The translations under genes were made by a program, and so were the position numbers. DNA of 64,000 nt. Origin: Octopus sinensis (taxonomy: Eukaryota). The first letter of the stretch is position 1, and every line of letters starts with the position of its first letter. Positions 25,699 through 35,890 of the stretch are shown in pieces. The notes beneath the pieces are model-generated. The model was not told where the DNA came from. It saw only the letters and a program-made list of their open reading frames with translations, and did not search any database. The stretch spans positions 17,174,001 through 17,238,000 of the forward strand of contig NC_043017.1 of NCBI RefSeq assembly GCF_006345805.1, written 5' to 3'.

Positions 25699-26745
25699 TA
25701 TTAGACTGGTTCTAATTACCACACACATACACAACACAAACTTGGTTTGCCCTCATGTGCCTTCTTCTCGGTTCTCTCTGTCACCCTCAGCCGTATAGTC
25801 AGCTTAGTCCCGTTCAGCCGCGCCAATTTCGCCACTCCCACCTTTCATTTCACCCTCACTGTCTTCTTCAAGTGGCACCCGAAGAAGCTAATGAGAGTCT
25901 GTCTGATTAATAGGAAAAACTTCACCCTCAAATATTTCGATCGTATGGGACATAATTTTTTTTTTTCGTCATGGCCGTACAGAGAAGGAAAACATGCTTT
26001 TCGTCGCCAAAGGAAAGCGGTAGGTCAACCTCCTCGACATAATCTGCAGATAAACAGAGCTATTCCGCACGCGGTACCGTCACTTCGACATAACCTACAA
26101 ATCAACAATGAACGATCAATGGACAAGAGCACGCTTGTAATGTTTCGTCTCGCTGCGCACACTAAGGACATTTCGGATTTCTGACGGCTCCAAAATAAGG
26201 ACGTTTGCTAGAAACATATCTTATTCTAATTGGGAACAGTAGATTGATACTATTTTCTGTTGGCCCAGTGAGTGCATTATGCATGACCAATTAAGTTGAA
26301 TTGTAGTTTCGTCAGATAGCAACCATTTAGGGTGAAAAACATACAATTATTTTGTCAGACAGAATCATATTTCAACAATCAGGGGGAGAATGATGTGTGA
26401 GGTGTTACTGAATAGAAAGATAAAGACATAGAGAGTGAGACAGACAGACAGACAGACAGGGATGACACAGAAAAATGTGTGTGCAGATCATCTTGTAATA
26501 TCTCACTTTAAATTCCATTAGTATAAAGTAAATTGTGTGTGTGTGTATGTGTACACACACAGATACATCATATATATGTATACAATTATACATATACATC
26601 TCTCTATCCCTCTTTCTCTCTGCCTTCGTAAAAATGTATGTTTACCGTCATGGAGATTTTTATAGTAGTAGAAAAGGAATTTTTAACTCCTTTTTCTAAT
26701 TTCGGTATGTGGTGAAGCAGTTAGCTGAACCCTAATTATAATTAT
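24012..26745. repeat. Tandem duplication of a ~1.39-kb segment
   Basis: Copies about 24012-25385 and 25405-26745; differ by scattered substitutions and homopolymer indels. Confidence 0.9.
24040..24262 (-). mobile_element. SINE-B-related diverged copy (duplicated at about 25437-25654)
   Basis: GGAATTTGAACTCAGAAC...CAGCTCGCCGCC; further fragments at about 88-213, 7325-7510, 38075-38262, 50370-50565 and 52925-53060. Confidence 0.75.
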
Positions 26746-26988
26746 ATATATATATATATATATATTTAATCAATATAGGGTGGCAAAAAAAATTTTGTAG
26801 AATTTTTTTGCCACCAGCGGCCTAATGGGAAAAAATTAAATAGTCATAGACCATTTTTAAGTTCAACATCACAATCAAGGAACGGCCATAATAGGCCATT
26901 CACCCACTAGAAATAACAGCCAAAAGCTTAACCGCAAAATAACATCAATTCCGTAAACCAGGAGAAAATAAAAAACATTTACCCTGTA

Positions 26989-27095
26989 ATTTCTTATACG
27001 ATGCACCGTTTCATCTACTGTTTAATGGTAAACTAACCTGATTAAATTAAATCAAGCCAATCTACCATAGGCCCTTAGATTCATCAGTAAGAAAT
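26989..27095 (-). ncRNA. Type I hammerhead ribozyme, copy 1 (extended helix II)
   Basis: Helix I AUUUCUUA/UAAGAAAU (8 bp), CUGAUGA, helix II AUCUA...UAGAU, GAAA, helix III ACGGUGCAUCGU, GUA cleavage triplet. Predicted cut between 26997 and 26996. Confidence 0.85.
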
Positions 27096-27478
27096 AGCCA
27101 AGTCGGAACAGATATTTTTCACGAGGCATTCCCGTCCCTGCCTCGGCAAATCTGACCTAAAATTTTCAAATCATCGCACTCGCGCCAAATTTATCGGCAG
27201 CAAATAAATATAAGCCGCCGATTCCATTACGGAATTAACCAGAAAATTCATAATTAATCAATATAGGGTGGCAAAAAAAATTTTGTAGAATTTTTTTGCC
27301 ACCAGCGGCCTAATGGGAAAAAATTAAATAGTCATAGACCATTTTTAAGTTCAACATCACAATCAAGGAACGGCCATAATAGGCCATTCACCCACTAGAA
27401 ATAACAGCCAAAAGCCTTAACCGCAAAATAACATCAATTCCGTAAACCAGGAGAAAATTAAAAAACATTTACCCTGTA

Positions 27479-27585
27479 ATTTCTTATACGATGCACCGTT
27501 TCATCTACTGTTTAATGGTAAACTAACCTGATTAAATTAAATCAAGCCAATCTACCATAGGCCCTTAGATTCATCAGTAAGAAAT
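27479..27585 (-). ncRNA. Type I hammerhead ribozyme, copy 2
   Basis: Same sequence as copy 1, offset 490 bp. Predicted cut between 27487 and 27486. Confidence 0.85.
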
Positions 27586-28012
27586 AGCCAAGTCGGAACA
27601 GATATTTTTCACGAGGCATTCCCGTCCCTGCCTCGGCAATATCTGACCTAAAATTTTCAAATCATCGCACTCGCGCCAATTATCGGCAGCAAATAATATA
27701 AGCCGCCGATTCCATTACGGAATTAACCAGAAAATTCATAATTAATCAATATAGGGTGGCAAAAAAAAAATTTTGTAGAATTTTTTTGCCACCAGCGGCC
27801 TAATGGTGGCAAAAAAATTCTACAAAATTTTTTTTGCCACCCTATATTGATTAATTATGAATTTTCTGGTTAATTCCGTAATGGAATCGGCGGCTTATAT
27901 TTATTTGCTGCCGATAAATTTGGCGCGAGTGCGATGATTTGAAAATTTTAGGTCAGATATGCCGAGGCAGGGACGGGAATGCCTCGTGAAAAATATCTGT
28001 TCCGACTTGGCT

Positions 28013-28118
28013 ATTTCTTACTGATGAATCTAAGGGCCTATGGTAGATTGGCTTGATTTAATTTAATCAGGTTAGTTTACCATTAAACAGTAGACGAAAC
28101 GGTGCATCGTATAAGAAT
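28013..28118 (+). ncRNA. Type I hammerhead ribozyme, copy 3
   Basis: CUGAUGA at 28021, GAAA at 28096, GUA at 28109-28111. Helix I is 6 bp (one A missing). Helix II closes with an A-C mismatch (UAGAC). Confidence 0.78.
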
Positions 28119-28499
28119 TACAGGGTAAATGTTTTTTAATTTTCTCCTGGTTTACGGAATTGATGTTATTTTGCGGTTAAGGCTTTTGGCTGTTATTTCT
28201 AGTGGGTGAATGGCCTATTATGGCCGTTCCTTGATTGTGATGTTGAACTTAAAAATGGTCTATGACTATTTAATTTTTCCCATTAGGCCGCTGGTGGCAA
28301 AAAAATTCTACAAAATTTTTTTTGCCACCCTATATTGATTAATTATGAATTTTCTGGTAATTCCGTAATGGAATCAGCGGCTTATATTTATTTGCTGCCG
28401 ATAAATTGGCGCGAGTGCGATGATTTGAAAATTTTAGGTCAGATATTGCCGAGGCAGGGACGGGAATGCCTCGTGAAAAATATCGGTTCCGACTTGGCT

Positions 28500-28606
28500 A
28501 TTTCTTACTGATGAATCTAAGGGCCTATGGTAGATTGGCTTGATTTAATTTAATCAGGTTAGTTTACCATTAAACAGTAGACGAAACGGTGCATCGTATA
28601 AGAAAT
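28500..28606 (+). ncRNA. Type I hammerhead ribozyme, copy 4
   Basis: CUGAUGA at 28508, GAAA at 28583, GUA at 28596-28598. Helix I is 8 bp. A-C mismatch at the base of helix II. Confidence 0.8.
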
Positions 28607-28733
28607 TACAGGGTAAATGTTTTTTAATTTTCTCCTGGTTTACGGAATTGATGTTATTTTGCGGTTAAGGCTTTTGGCTGTTATTTCTAGTGGGTGAATG
28701 GCCTATTATGGCCGTTCCTTGATTGTGATGTTG

Positions 28734-28777
<44 letters not shown>

Positions 28778-28815
28778 CTAACTGTCCGGATGTTTTGCGT
28801 TCTTGTCCCATTTTG

Positions 28816-28852
<37 letters not shown>

Positions 28853-29409
28853 TCACAAAGTTTTCTGCGTATGTGTGTGTATGTGCTCTATCTATCTGTG
28901 TGTGTGTTATTAAGGCGATGAGTAAGCAGAGTCGTTATAGTGTTGACTACATTGCTCAACGGTATGAGTTCAAACTCAGTCGTGATCCATTTTGCGTTTC
29001 ATCCACTCACGATCATTAATTGCATGGTAGAATTACTGAAGCGCTGGACTGGATGGTTTGCCAAATCTTTTCGTTCGGACAGTGATGATACTGATGACAA
29101 ACTGTATTGGTCCTGGAGTGAAGCCCCTTTCCTTGGACAACAATGGTGGGGTGAGGGAGGAAGGACTAGTGTAGGCAGGCAACTGTCCATCATATATAGA
29201 AAAAACTTACTCAGAGCTGCGCATATTAGTGTGGACATGATCAGTGAGGACTAGCGGAGGGTATACCTACCCCCACCTAAAAACCCACATGTGGAGAGAA
29301 GGAGAGAGAGAGAGAAAGAGAAGTGGGAAAAGAGACTGTAGATAGGCGCAAACAAAATAGAACGTTCGGTCTGTTTGTCTCTCTCCAAACAGACAGATAG
29401 ATACAAATA

Positions 29410-29550
29410 TAAGGTTGTCCCAAAAGTTCGTAGAAAGTCTTGGAAAATAATGGTCTTTATTTTGAGGAATAATTTTTGTTGTTTTTGTTAGTACTTGGCG
29501 AGTAAAAATTCAATTTTCGCAAGTGTTTACGAACTTTTGGGACAACCCAA
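29410..29550. mobile_element. Mariner-type MITE
   Basis: TIRs GGTTGTCCCAAAAGTTCGTA / TACGAACTTTTGGGACAACC, TA-flanked. Confidence 0.75.
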
Positions 29551-29679
29551 TATGTATTTTCTAGCGGATGACAAATTCACAGGAAGATGGTTAGGAAAAA
29601 GAACTCCAGCTCAAATAAAAAAATCGTGTAGACCTTTATACCTCTCATCTTTTTCCCCCCTTACGCGCGCAGATATATA

Positions 29680-29902
29680 CGAGGTGGTGCTGAAAAGTTC
29701 CTGGCTTTAAGGGTGTCACGAAAGGCCTGATTGGAAGCCCGACCTTCCGAGTTCTTTTACAGGGATTAGCAAAGCTGAAGGGCCGATGCAATAAGTGTAT
29801 GAATCTGCGGAGGGCGGGGGAATATGTTGAATAAAATCATAATTAACTGATCCTCTTGTATGTTTTTTAACCCAAAACCAGGAACTTTTCAGTTCAGCCT
29901 CG
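29680..29902 (+). mobile_element. Mariner deletion derivative / MITE
   Basis: TA-CGAGG..CTGAAAAGTTCCTGG ... CCAGGAACTTTTCAG..CCTCG-TA; interior retains a transposase C-terminal remnant (RCNKCMNL..EYVE*). Confidence 0.8.
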
Positions 29903-29978
29903 TAACTGAGCGTGTGTATATTTTGAATGCTTGCCACTTACAACAGAAAAGGATCAGACGGTAGTATACATATGTAAA

Positions 29979-30208
29979 GACGGCGAGCTGGCAGAAACGT
30001 TAGCACGCCGGGCGAAATGCTTAGCAGTATTTCGTCTGCCGTTACGTTCTGAGTTCAAATTCCGCCGAGGTCGACTTTGCCTTTCATCCTTTCGGGGTCG
30101 ATTAAATAAGTACCAGTTACGCACTGGGGTCGATGTAATCGACTTAATCCGTTTGTCTGTCCTTGTTTGTTCCCTCTGTGTTTAGCCCCTTGTGGGTAGT
30201 AAAGAAAT
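29979..30208 (+). mobile_element. SINE family B with 15-bp TSD
   Basis: TSD GGTAGTATACATATG at 29960-29974 and 30210-30224; about 120 bp from the SLC16-like exon donor. Confidence 0.93.
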
Positions 30209-30325
30209 AGGTAGTATACATATGATGACAATGATGATGATGAAGACGACAACGATGATGAATGTGATGTCGCCATTATGAACAACATTAAAAACAACAG
30301 AAAAATAGATTAAGGTACAACTTAC

Positions 30326-30593
30326 CAATAATTAAATGCGTTATGAAACTTCCTAGAACCACAAGACAACCCCACGCATTGTGATTACATCTGGGGTCTG
30401 ACGACGCCAAGGGTTTACTACGGAAACAACCGCACAAAGACGGTGTCCACTTCTTACTGGTTGTAGTCTTTAATGGAGTGTCGTCATGGTGACAACATCC
30501 GTTTGCCGTCAATGACGTGTACACCTGTTTATCCAACAGATCATAACTAGTCTCTTTGTCATAATCACTGACAGGTCTTTTCAAGGAATTCAT
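30326..30593 (-). CDS. First coding exon of an SLC16/monocarboxylate-transporter-like (MFS) gene: cytoplasmic N-tail plus TM1
   Basis: ATG at 30593. The ORF ends ...AWGCLVVLGSFITHLII-G, resembling the SLC16 TM1 pattern (GGWGWxVVxxSFxxHxI). Strong donor G|gtaagt at 30325-30320, phase 1 (268 nt = 89 codons + 1). Candidate acceptor tttcccag upstream at 30615-30616. Family recognised from memory; orthologue not assignable. Confidence 0.8.
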
Positions 30594-30929
30594 ATTTTAA
30601 GAAAGGAGAAGAGCCTGGGAAATGAGATGCCTTGGCCTCTCACTCCCTTGCTTAATAATGAACCTTGCTCTCCTTATTTTCTTTTCTCTTCACTCTTTCT
30701 CAATCTTACGATTTTTCTCTTTATTTCTTAATTCTTTTCCCCTTACTCTTCTCTCTGAAATTCCTTCCTCTCACAAACAGAAACTCTCAATTCTTCTGTC
30801 TCGTTTTATGTTGTTTTTCTCACTAATTCGTCTTATCTCCTTCTTTCCCTTTGCATGTATGTATGTGTACATATATATACATATATATAGATATAATCAC
30901 ACTCACTTTACCCCTAATCCCAATCACAC

Positions 30930-30962
<33 letters not shown>

Positions 30963-31342
30963 ACTCTCTGATCTCTATCAAATAGAGAACAGATCTATAA
31001 ATGAAATTATCCAGGTTTGCTGCTCATCTTAATCACGTAAATTCCTTAATCTCCACGGGATAAATATAGGTATTTTTTCTTTTTCATGTGTGATTTGAAA
31101 TCTTGATCTGTGTACTTTCGTTTACGTCCTTTCTGAATTCAGTTTCGTTTTTCTTTCGTTGTCGATATTTTTTTCTTATTTTCGTTTTGTTGTTTTGTTG
31201 TTGCTATTCTTCGTGTCTTGAACCGTGAAATTTAATACGTTCGTTCAATGATTCTGGTTAATTTGAATTCCGATTCCTTGGACACAGGTATTTTATTCAT
31301 TTCTCTCATTCTGACTGAACACCCAGTATCTGAAAATAAATG

Positions 31343-31378
<36 letters not shown>

Positions 31379-32277
31379 TAATAATAATAATAATTAATTC
31401 TTTTTATTGGCCACAAGGGCTGACACACATGATTAGTAAACATAGAGGGACAAAACAGGACGAAAGGTTACAAAGGGTTTTGTCCGTTTTTGAAAAAATC
31501 CAAGTAAAAACTGTTTAACAACGAAAGATTGTAACAAGGAAAAACTCCCAATAGGGGGAGGAATACAGAGATATGGAAAATTAAAGGAAGAAAACATGTA
31601 TAACACCAATCTATTTTCGTTTTGTACCTGTCTGAGGCTCACTTTGCCTTTCATCACTTCGGAGTTGATAAATTAAGTACCAGTTAAGTGCTTGGGTCAA
31701 TGTAATCGACTTACCCCTCTCCTCAAAAAACTGCTGGTCCTGTGCCAAAGTTCTTTCTATCTATCTATCTATCCATCTAATCCCCATTTATCTATGTATT
31801 TGTCTGTCTATCTACAGGTCCGTTTCTCTGTCTACAATCTTCAAAAAAATATCTCTTTCCATCTGTCTTCCTATTTAACTAATCAATCACCAAATCAATA
31901 TAAACCGGCCTCCTTCTTCCCAACCATCTTTTTCTCACATCCACCCAGATTCTTTCCGCCTAATGTCGCTCTAAAAGCTTCGTTCGAATCTAGACTATGA
32001 CGAAAGACACCGCTCAGTGGTATCGAACGCGAAACTTGTAGGTCGAGAAGCGAAATTGTTAATCACTCAATCACATTTATATTCATACAATAAAATAATG
32101 CTGAAACAATTATTGACGAGATGTTCACGGCTGGAGCGCCTTTGGTCACAAGCCGATATGATCAAAGACAAACATAACAGCTACTACAGTCAGACCATTC
32201 TAGCGAACGCTTATAAAAATATCTTGTTTCACAAGCTCTCACATTTACCAATGATAGGATATTTACTTATCTTAGAC

Positions 32278-32308
<31 letters not shown>

Positions 32309-32918
32309 GCTATGTATCACCTATCAGTTCCTGAATACTATTTACGGGTATATTTATATTTCGATTAACACAGAAGTATTTTCAGCTATTTTGATGGGCG
32401 ACTGAGCAGAGAGGGGAGTTATATCAATCTATGTTATGCGAGTGAATGCCGGTGTGTGTGTGTATAGTAAGTTGCAGGGTGTTCTGAACCTTACAAGTAT
32501 TCTACAACACCCAACTTCCCTCAATACCTATCCAAACCCTCTTCAAAGATCTTGCTTCCAATTTCGTTTCCAAGGTTTTCATAAAAAGAAAAAGCCACTA
32601 TTTCTAACTTCACACGCATATACTGTATACACACACTTGTACTCGCGTATAAAAATATGCTACAGTCTTGTCTCTTTCGACTACTTTTATTTACTTTTCA
32701 GATATTTTCGTTGCAGTTTCATTTCCTGCCCAGTATCTATTTTTACAATTGTTCCATCCTGTTTGTTGCATATGTTGCACAACCGCTGATGTGCAGCATA
32801 TGCAATTTTTCGGACTACCATATATATCAAATTGAATAAAATAGAATCTACAAGGAGTACGGTTAGACAGCTATATAATAAACACTACACATGTTTCGAT
32901 ACGACATAGATCCACATA

Positions 32919-33316
32919 CTCTTTTACTCGTTTCAGTCATTTTGACTGCGGCCATGCTGGAGCACCGCCTTTAGTCGAGCAAATCGACCCCACGACTTAT
33001 TCTTTGTAAGCCCAGTACTTATTCTATCGGTCTCTTTTGCCGAACCGTTAAGTGACGGAGACGTAAACACACCAGCATCGGTTGTCAAGCAATGCTAGGG
33101 GGACAAACACAGACACACAAACACACACATACATATATATATATACATATATACGACAGGCTTCTTTCAGTTTCCGTCTACCAAATCCACTCACAAGGCA
33201 TTGGTCGGCCCGAGGCTATAGCAGAAGACACTTGCCCAAGATGCCACGCAGTGGGACTGAACCCGGAACCATGTGGTTGATTAGCAAGCTACTTACCACA
33301 CAACCACTCCTGCGCC
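32919..33316 (-). mobile_element. SINE family A, full length
   Basis: Reverse complement of the 8071 copy. Confidence 0.9.
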
Positions 33317-33347
33317 TATACACGGAGGATTTATAAATATATATACG

Positions 33348-33382
<35 letters not shown>

Positions 33383-34689
33383 CAATTTTAGCAAAACATT
33401 AAGCATGGCCCCAGCATGGCCTCAGTGTTATGACTGAAACAAGTAAAAGGTAAAGTTTTAAAAAATAACTTATGAGACACCCCACATTTATACATTCAGC
33501 TGTATGACAAATGTTATAGCGAATTTTTGCCTTCATACCCTAGATGCAGTCCACCCGATGAACTTAACATATACTACTCACCCACCCAATTTCATCCAGG
33601 TTATCGAGAAAACATCAGGGTGGTAACTGTGCCTTCTAGAAATAGCTACCCTATTCATTTAAATCGCAGAAGGACATATACAATAACGTTGTCACAGATA
33701 TAGGGTCATACAGGATTGTCATAAGTGGGACGCCTGTAAGTTTTAGATCTATTCAACCTGGGTGTCAAATGCTAAAAAATTTTTTTTAAATAAATAAATA
33801 GAACAGCTAACATCATTACATGTAGATTAAGAGATTAGCAAAATTAAATCTGAGCGAAATTAAATCTTATTGACCGATTTATATTAAAGAGATTTGATGC
33901 TATTATTTACGGCTGTATGAGAAGGAATTAAGAACCTAAATCTCAAATATCAATTCCTTAAGAAAACTACTTCCGGATATAACGTGACAAACTGTTTTAT
34001 TTTTTTCTACTTAGGTACCATTTTGGAAGCAAATAACGACAAAATGCTTAGCGACATTTCATCTGTCTTCACGTTCTGGTCGACTTTGCTTTTAATCTTT
34101 TCGGGGTCAACAAAATGAGCACCAGTCGAGCACTGGGATCGATGTAATCGACTTACCTCCTTTGAAATTGCTGGCCTTGTGTCAAAATTTGAAATCAATA
34201 TCTATAGCGGCATTTTACGCTTCAGGTACAAATCCCTCCGAGATAATCGTTGCCGTCTATCTTTCGGGGATCAATAAATAAAGTACAAGTGTCCGACAGT
34301 GGACTGTACGAATCATTAGCGTGTTGGAGGGAATACCTTATGGGGTTTTATTTTTTGATTTTTGTGTTCTGAGTTGAAATCTTGCCCAAACCCACTTAAA
34401 CCATCACCTGGTTTAACAAAGTGCGGCCCTTAGGTAATTTGGGAAGAGACTATTCTGTTGCATTTATTCAGCATAGGTTTCCGGTTTCAGGTTACTTCCC
34501 TCCCTCCCTCCCTCCCACAAGCCTTCATCATTATCATTCATTCTTTACAATAAATTTTGTAGGAAGAGATTTATAACTAAATAATTTATTTGAAAAATAC
34601 AAGAGGGACAAAATTAGAGAACGTATGACAAAATTCAAAAAATCAAAATTTTGCCAGAAATTTTTAGAATCCACATCAATATATTAATA

Positions 34690-34935
34690 AGGTGTACATT
34701 CCTTTATTTTTATGATAACTTCAGCACATCTCTGTCCACAAGATTTGACCAGTTTCTGACGTAATTTTATTCCATTCTTCTTGAAATCGCAACATTCGCA
34801 GGTTGGTGCTCTCTAATATTATCACCAAGTATCTTCCATAAGTTTTTCAATGAAATTAACGTCAGATCTGAGCTGGCCAACGCATCACTGTAATATTTTC
34901 AGCTTCAAACACCACTTTAGCTATTTTAGCCCTGT
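34690..34935 (-). pseudogene. Tc1-like transposase C-terminal remnant
   Basis: Degenerate WPAQ(SPDLN)xIEKLW...QEEWNKI motifs; abuts the 34943 Helitron. Confidence 0.6.
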
Positions 34936-34942
34936 GACATTA

Positions 34943-35238
34943 TCTTTATATATAAAAGAGAAGTTGTGTGTCTGTCTCCTTCGATTTAGATTCCTAACTA
35001 CTCCCACATATTGCGGTGCAGTTTAACCAAAACCGGGTATCTTATAGTCGTGATTCATATCGAGCCCTTCTGGGTATTAGCACGCGTCTACGATGAGTCT
35101 ACGATTTAAAAAAAAATTTACCATCATTTTTTTCCATTTTAATGCATTTTATTCGCTATTTTTTGGCTATAACTCTCTAAAAATGCTTATATAGTTATTT
35201 CCCTTACAAACCCGAGCAACGCCGGGTGATACTGCTAG
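34943..35238 (+). mobile_element. Non-autonomous Helitron (shorter variant)
   Basis: Same termini and A|T target; lacks the internal duplication of the 59642 copy. Confidence 0.85.
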
Positions 35239-35776
35239 TCCTGTATAAAAATTAACTGACGAGTTGGAGATCACATCATAGCTGGCACATGCTGCAGAAC
35301 AATGTTGTTTGCAACGGCCAGAAAGGCAATCAAGGAGAATAAAAAACAAATTACGAATTGTCGGACTACATGTTTAGGATAGTTATGTATAATTGTTTAG
35401 TTTAATTGTGGGTTACGTTACCGAGAAAAGAACACAATACTGACACTACAATCGAATTTACTACACAAACTGCGGCTGACGGTGATTTCAAAGTTGTAGC
35501 GCATAAAGAAACCTCGGGATGCGAAAGTCACAGTCAACCCGACCTCCCTCTCTCCCCGTCTACCTCCACACACATGTACTTAAGTGCATTTGTAACTGCA
35601 TGTGTTTCAGTGTGTGTGTATGTATGTGTGTGCGTGTGTGTGTATATGTGTGTCTATATATATGCGTGTGTGTATAAATAAATATATATACATACACATA
35701 TATATATATATACCTATATATAAGTGTATATATATATGTGTGTGTGTTTGTGTGTGTGTATGTATATATATATATA

Positions 35777-35809
<33 letters not shown>

Positions 35810-35859
35810 GTGTGTGTGTATATATATATATATATGTGTGTGTGTGTATATATATATAT

Positions 35860-35890
<31 letters not shown>

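Larger units (their letters stand above)
26766..28734. mobile_element. Palindromic tandem array of a ~488-bp non-coding HHR-bearing unit (retrozyme / Penelope-like LTR-type repeat)
   Basis: Units 26766-27253 and 27254-27741, a short partial unit, centre at about 27794-27804, then inverted units 27855-28342 and 28343-28734 (truncated). Flanked on both sides by (TA)n. No ORF of 60 aa or more inside the array. Confidence 0.85.

Noticed and set aside
26766-28734. Repeat array considered as CRISPR or plain satellite
   Set aside because: Units are ~488 bp with no unique spacers, eukaryotic context and no cas genes; the ribozyme cores explain it better.
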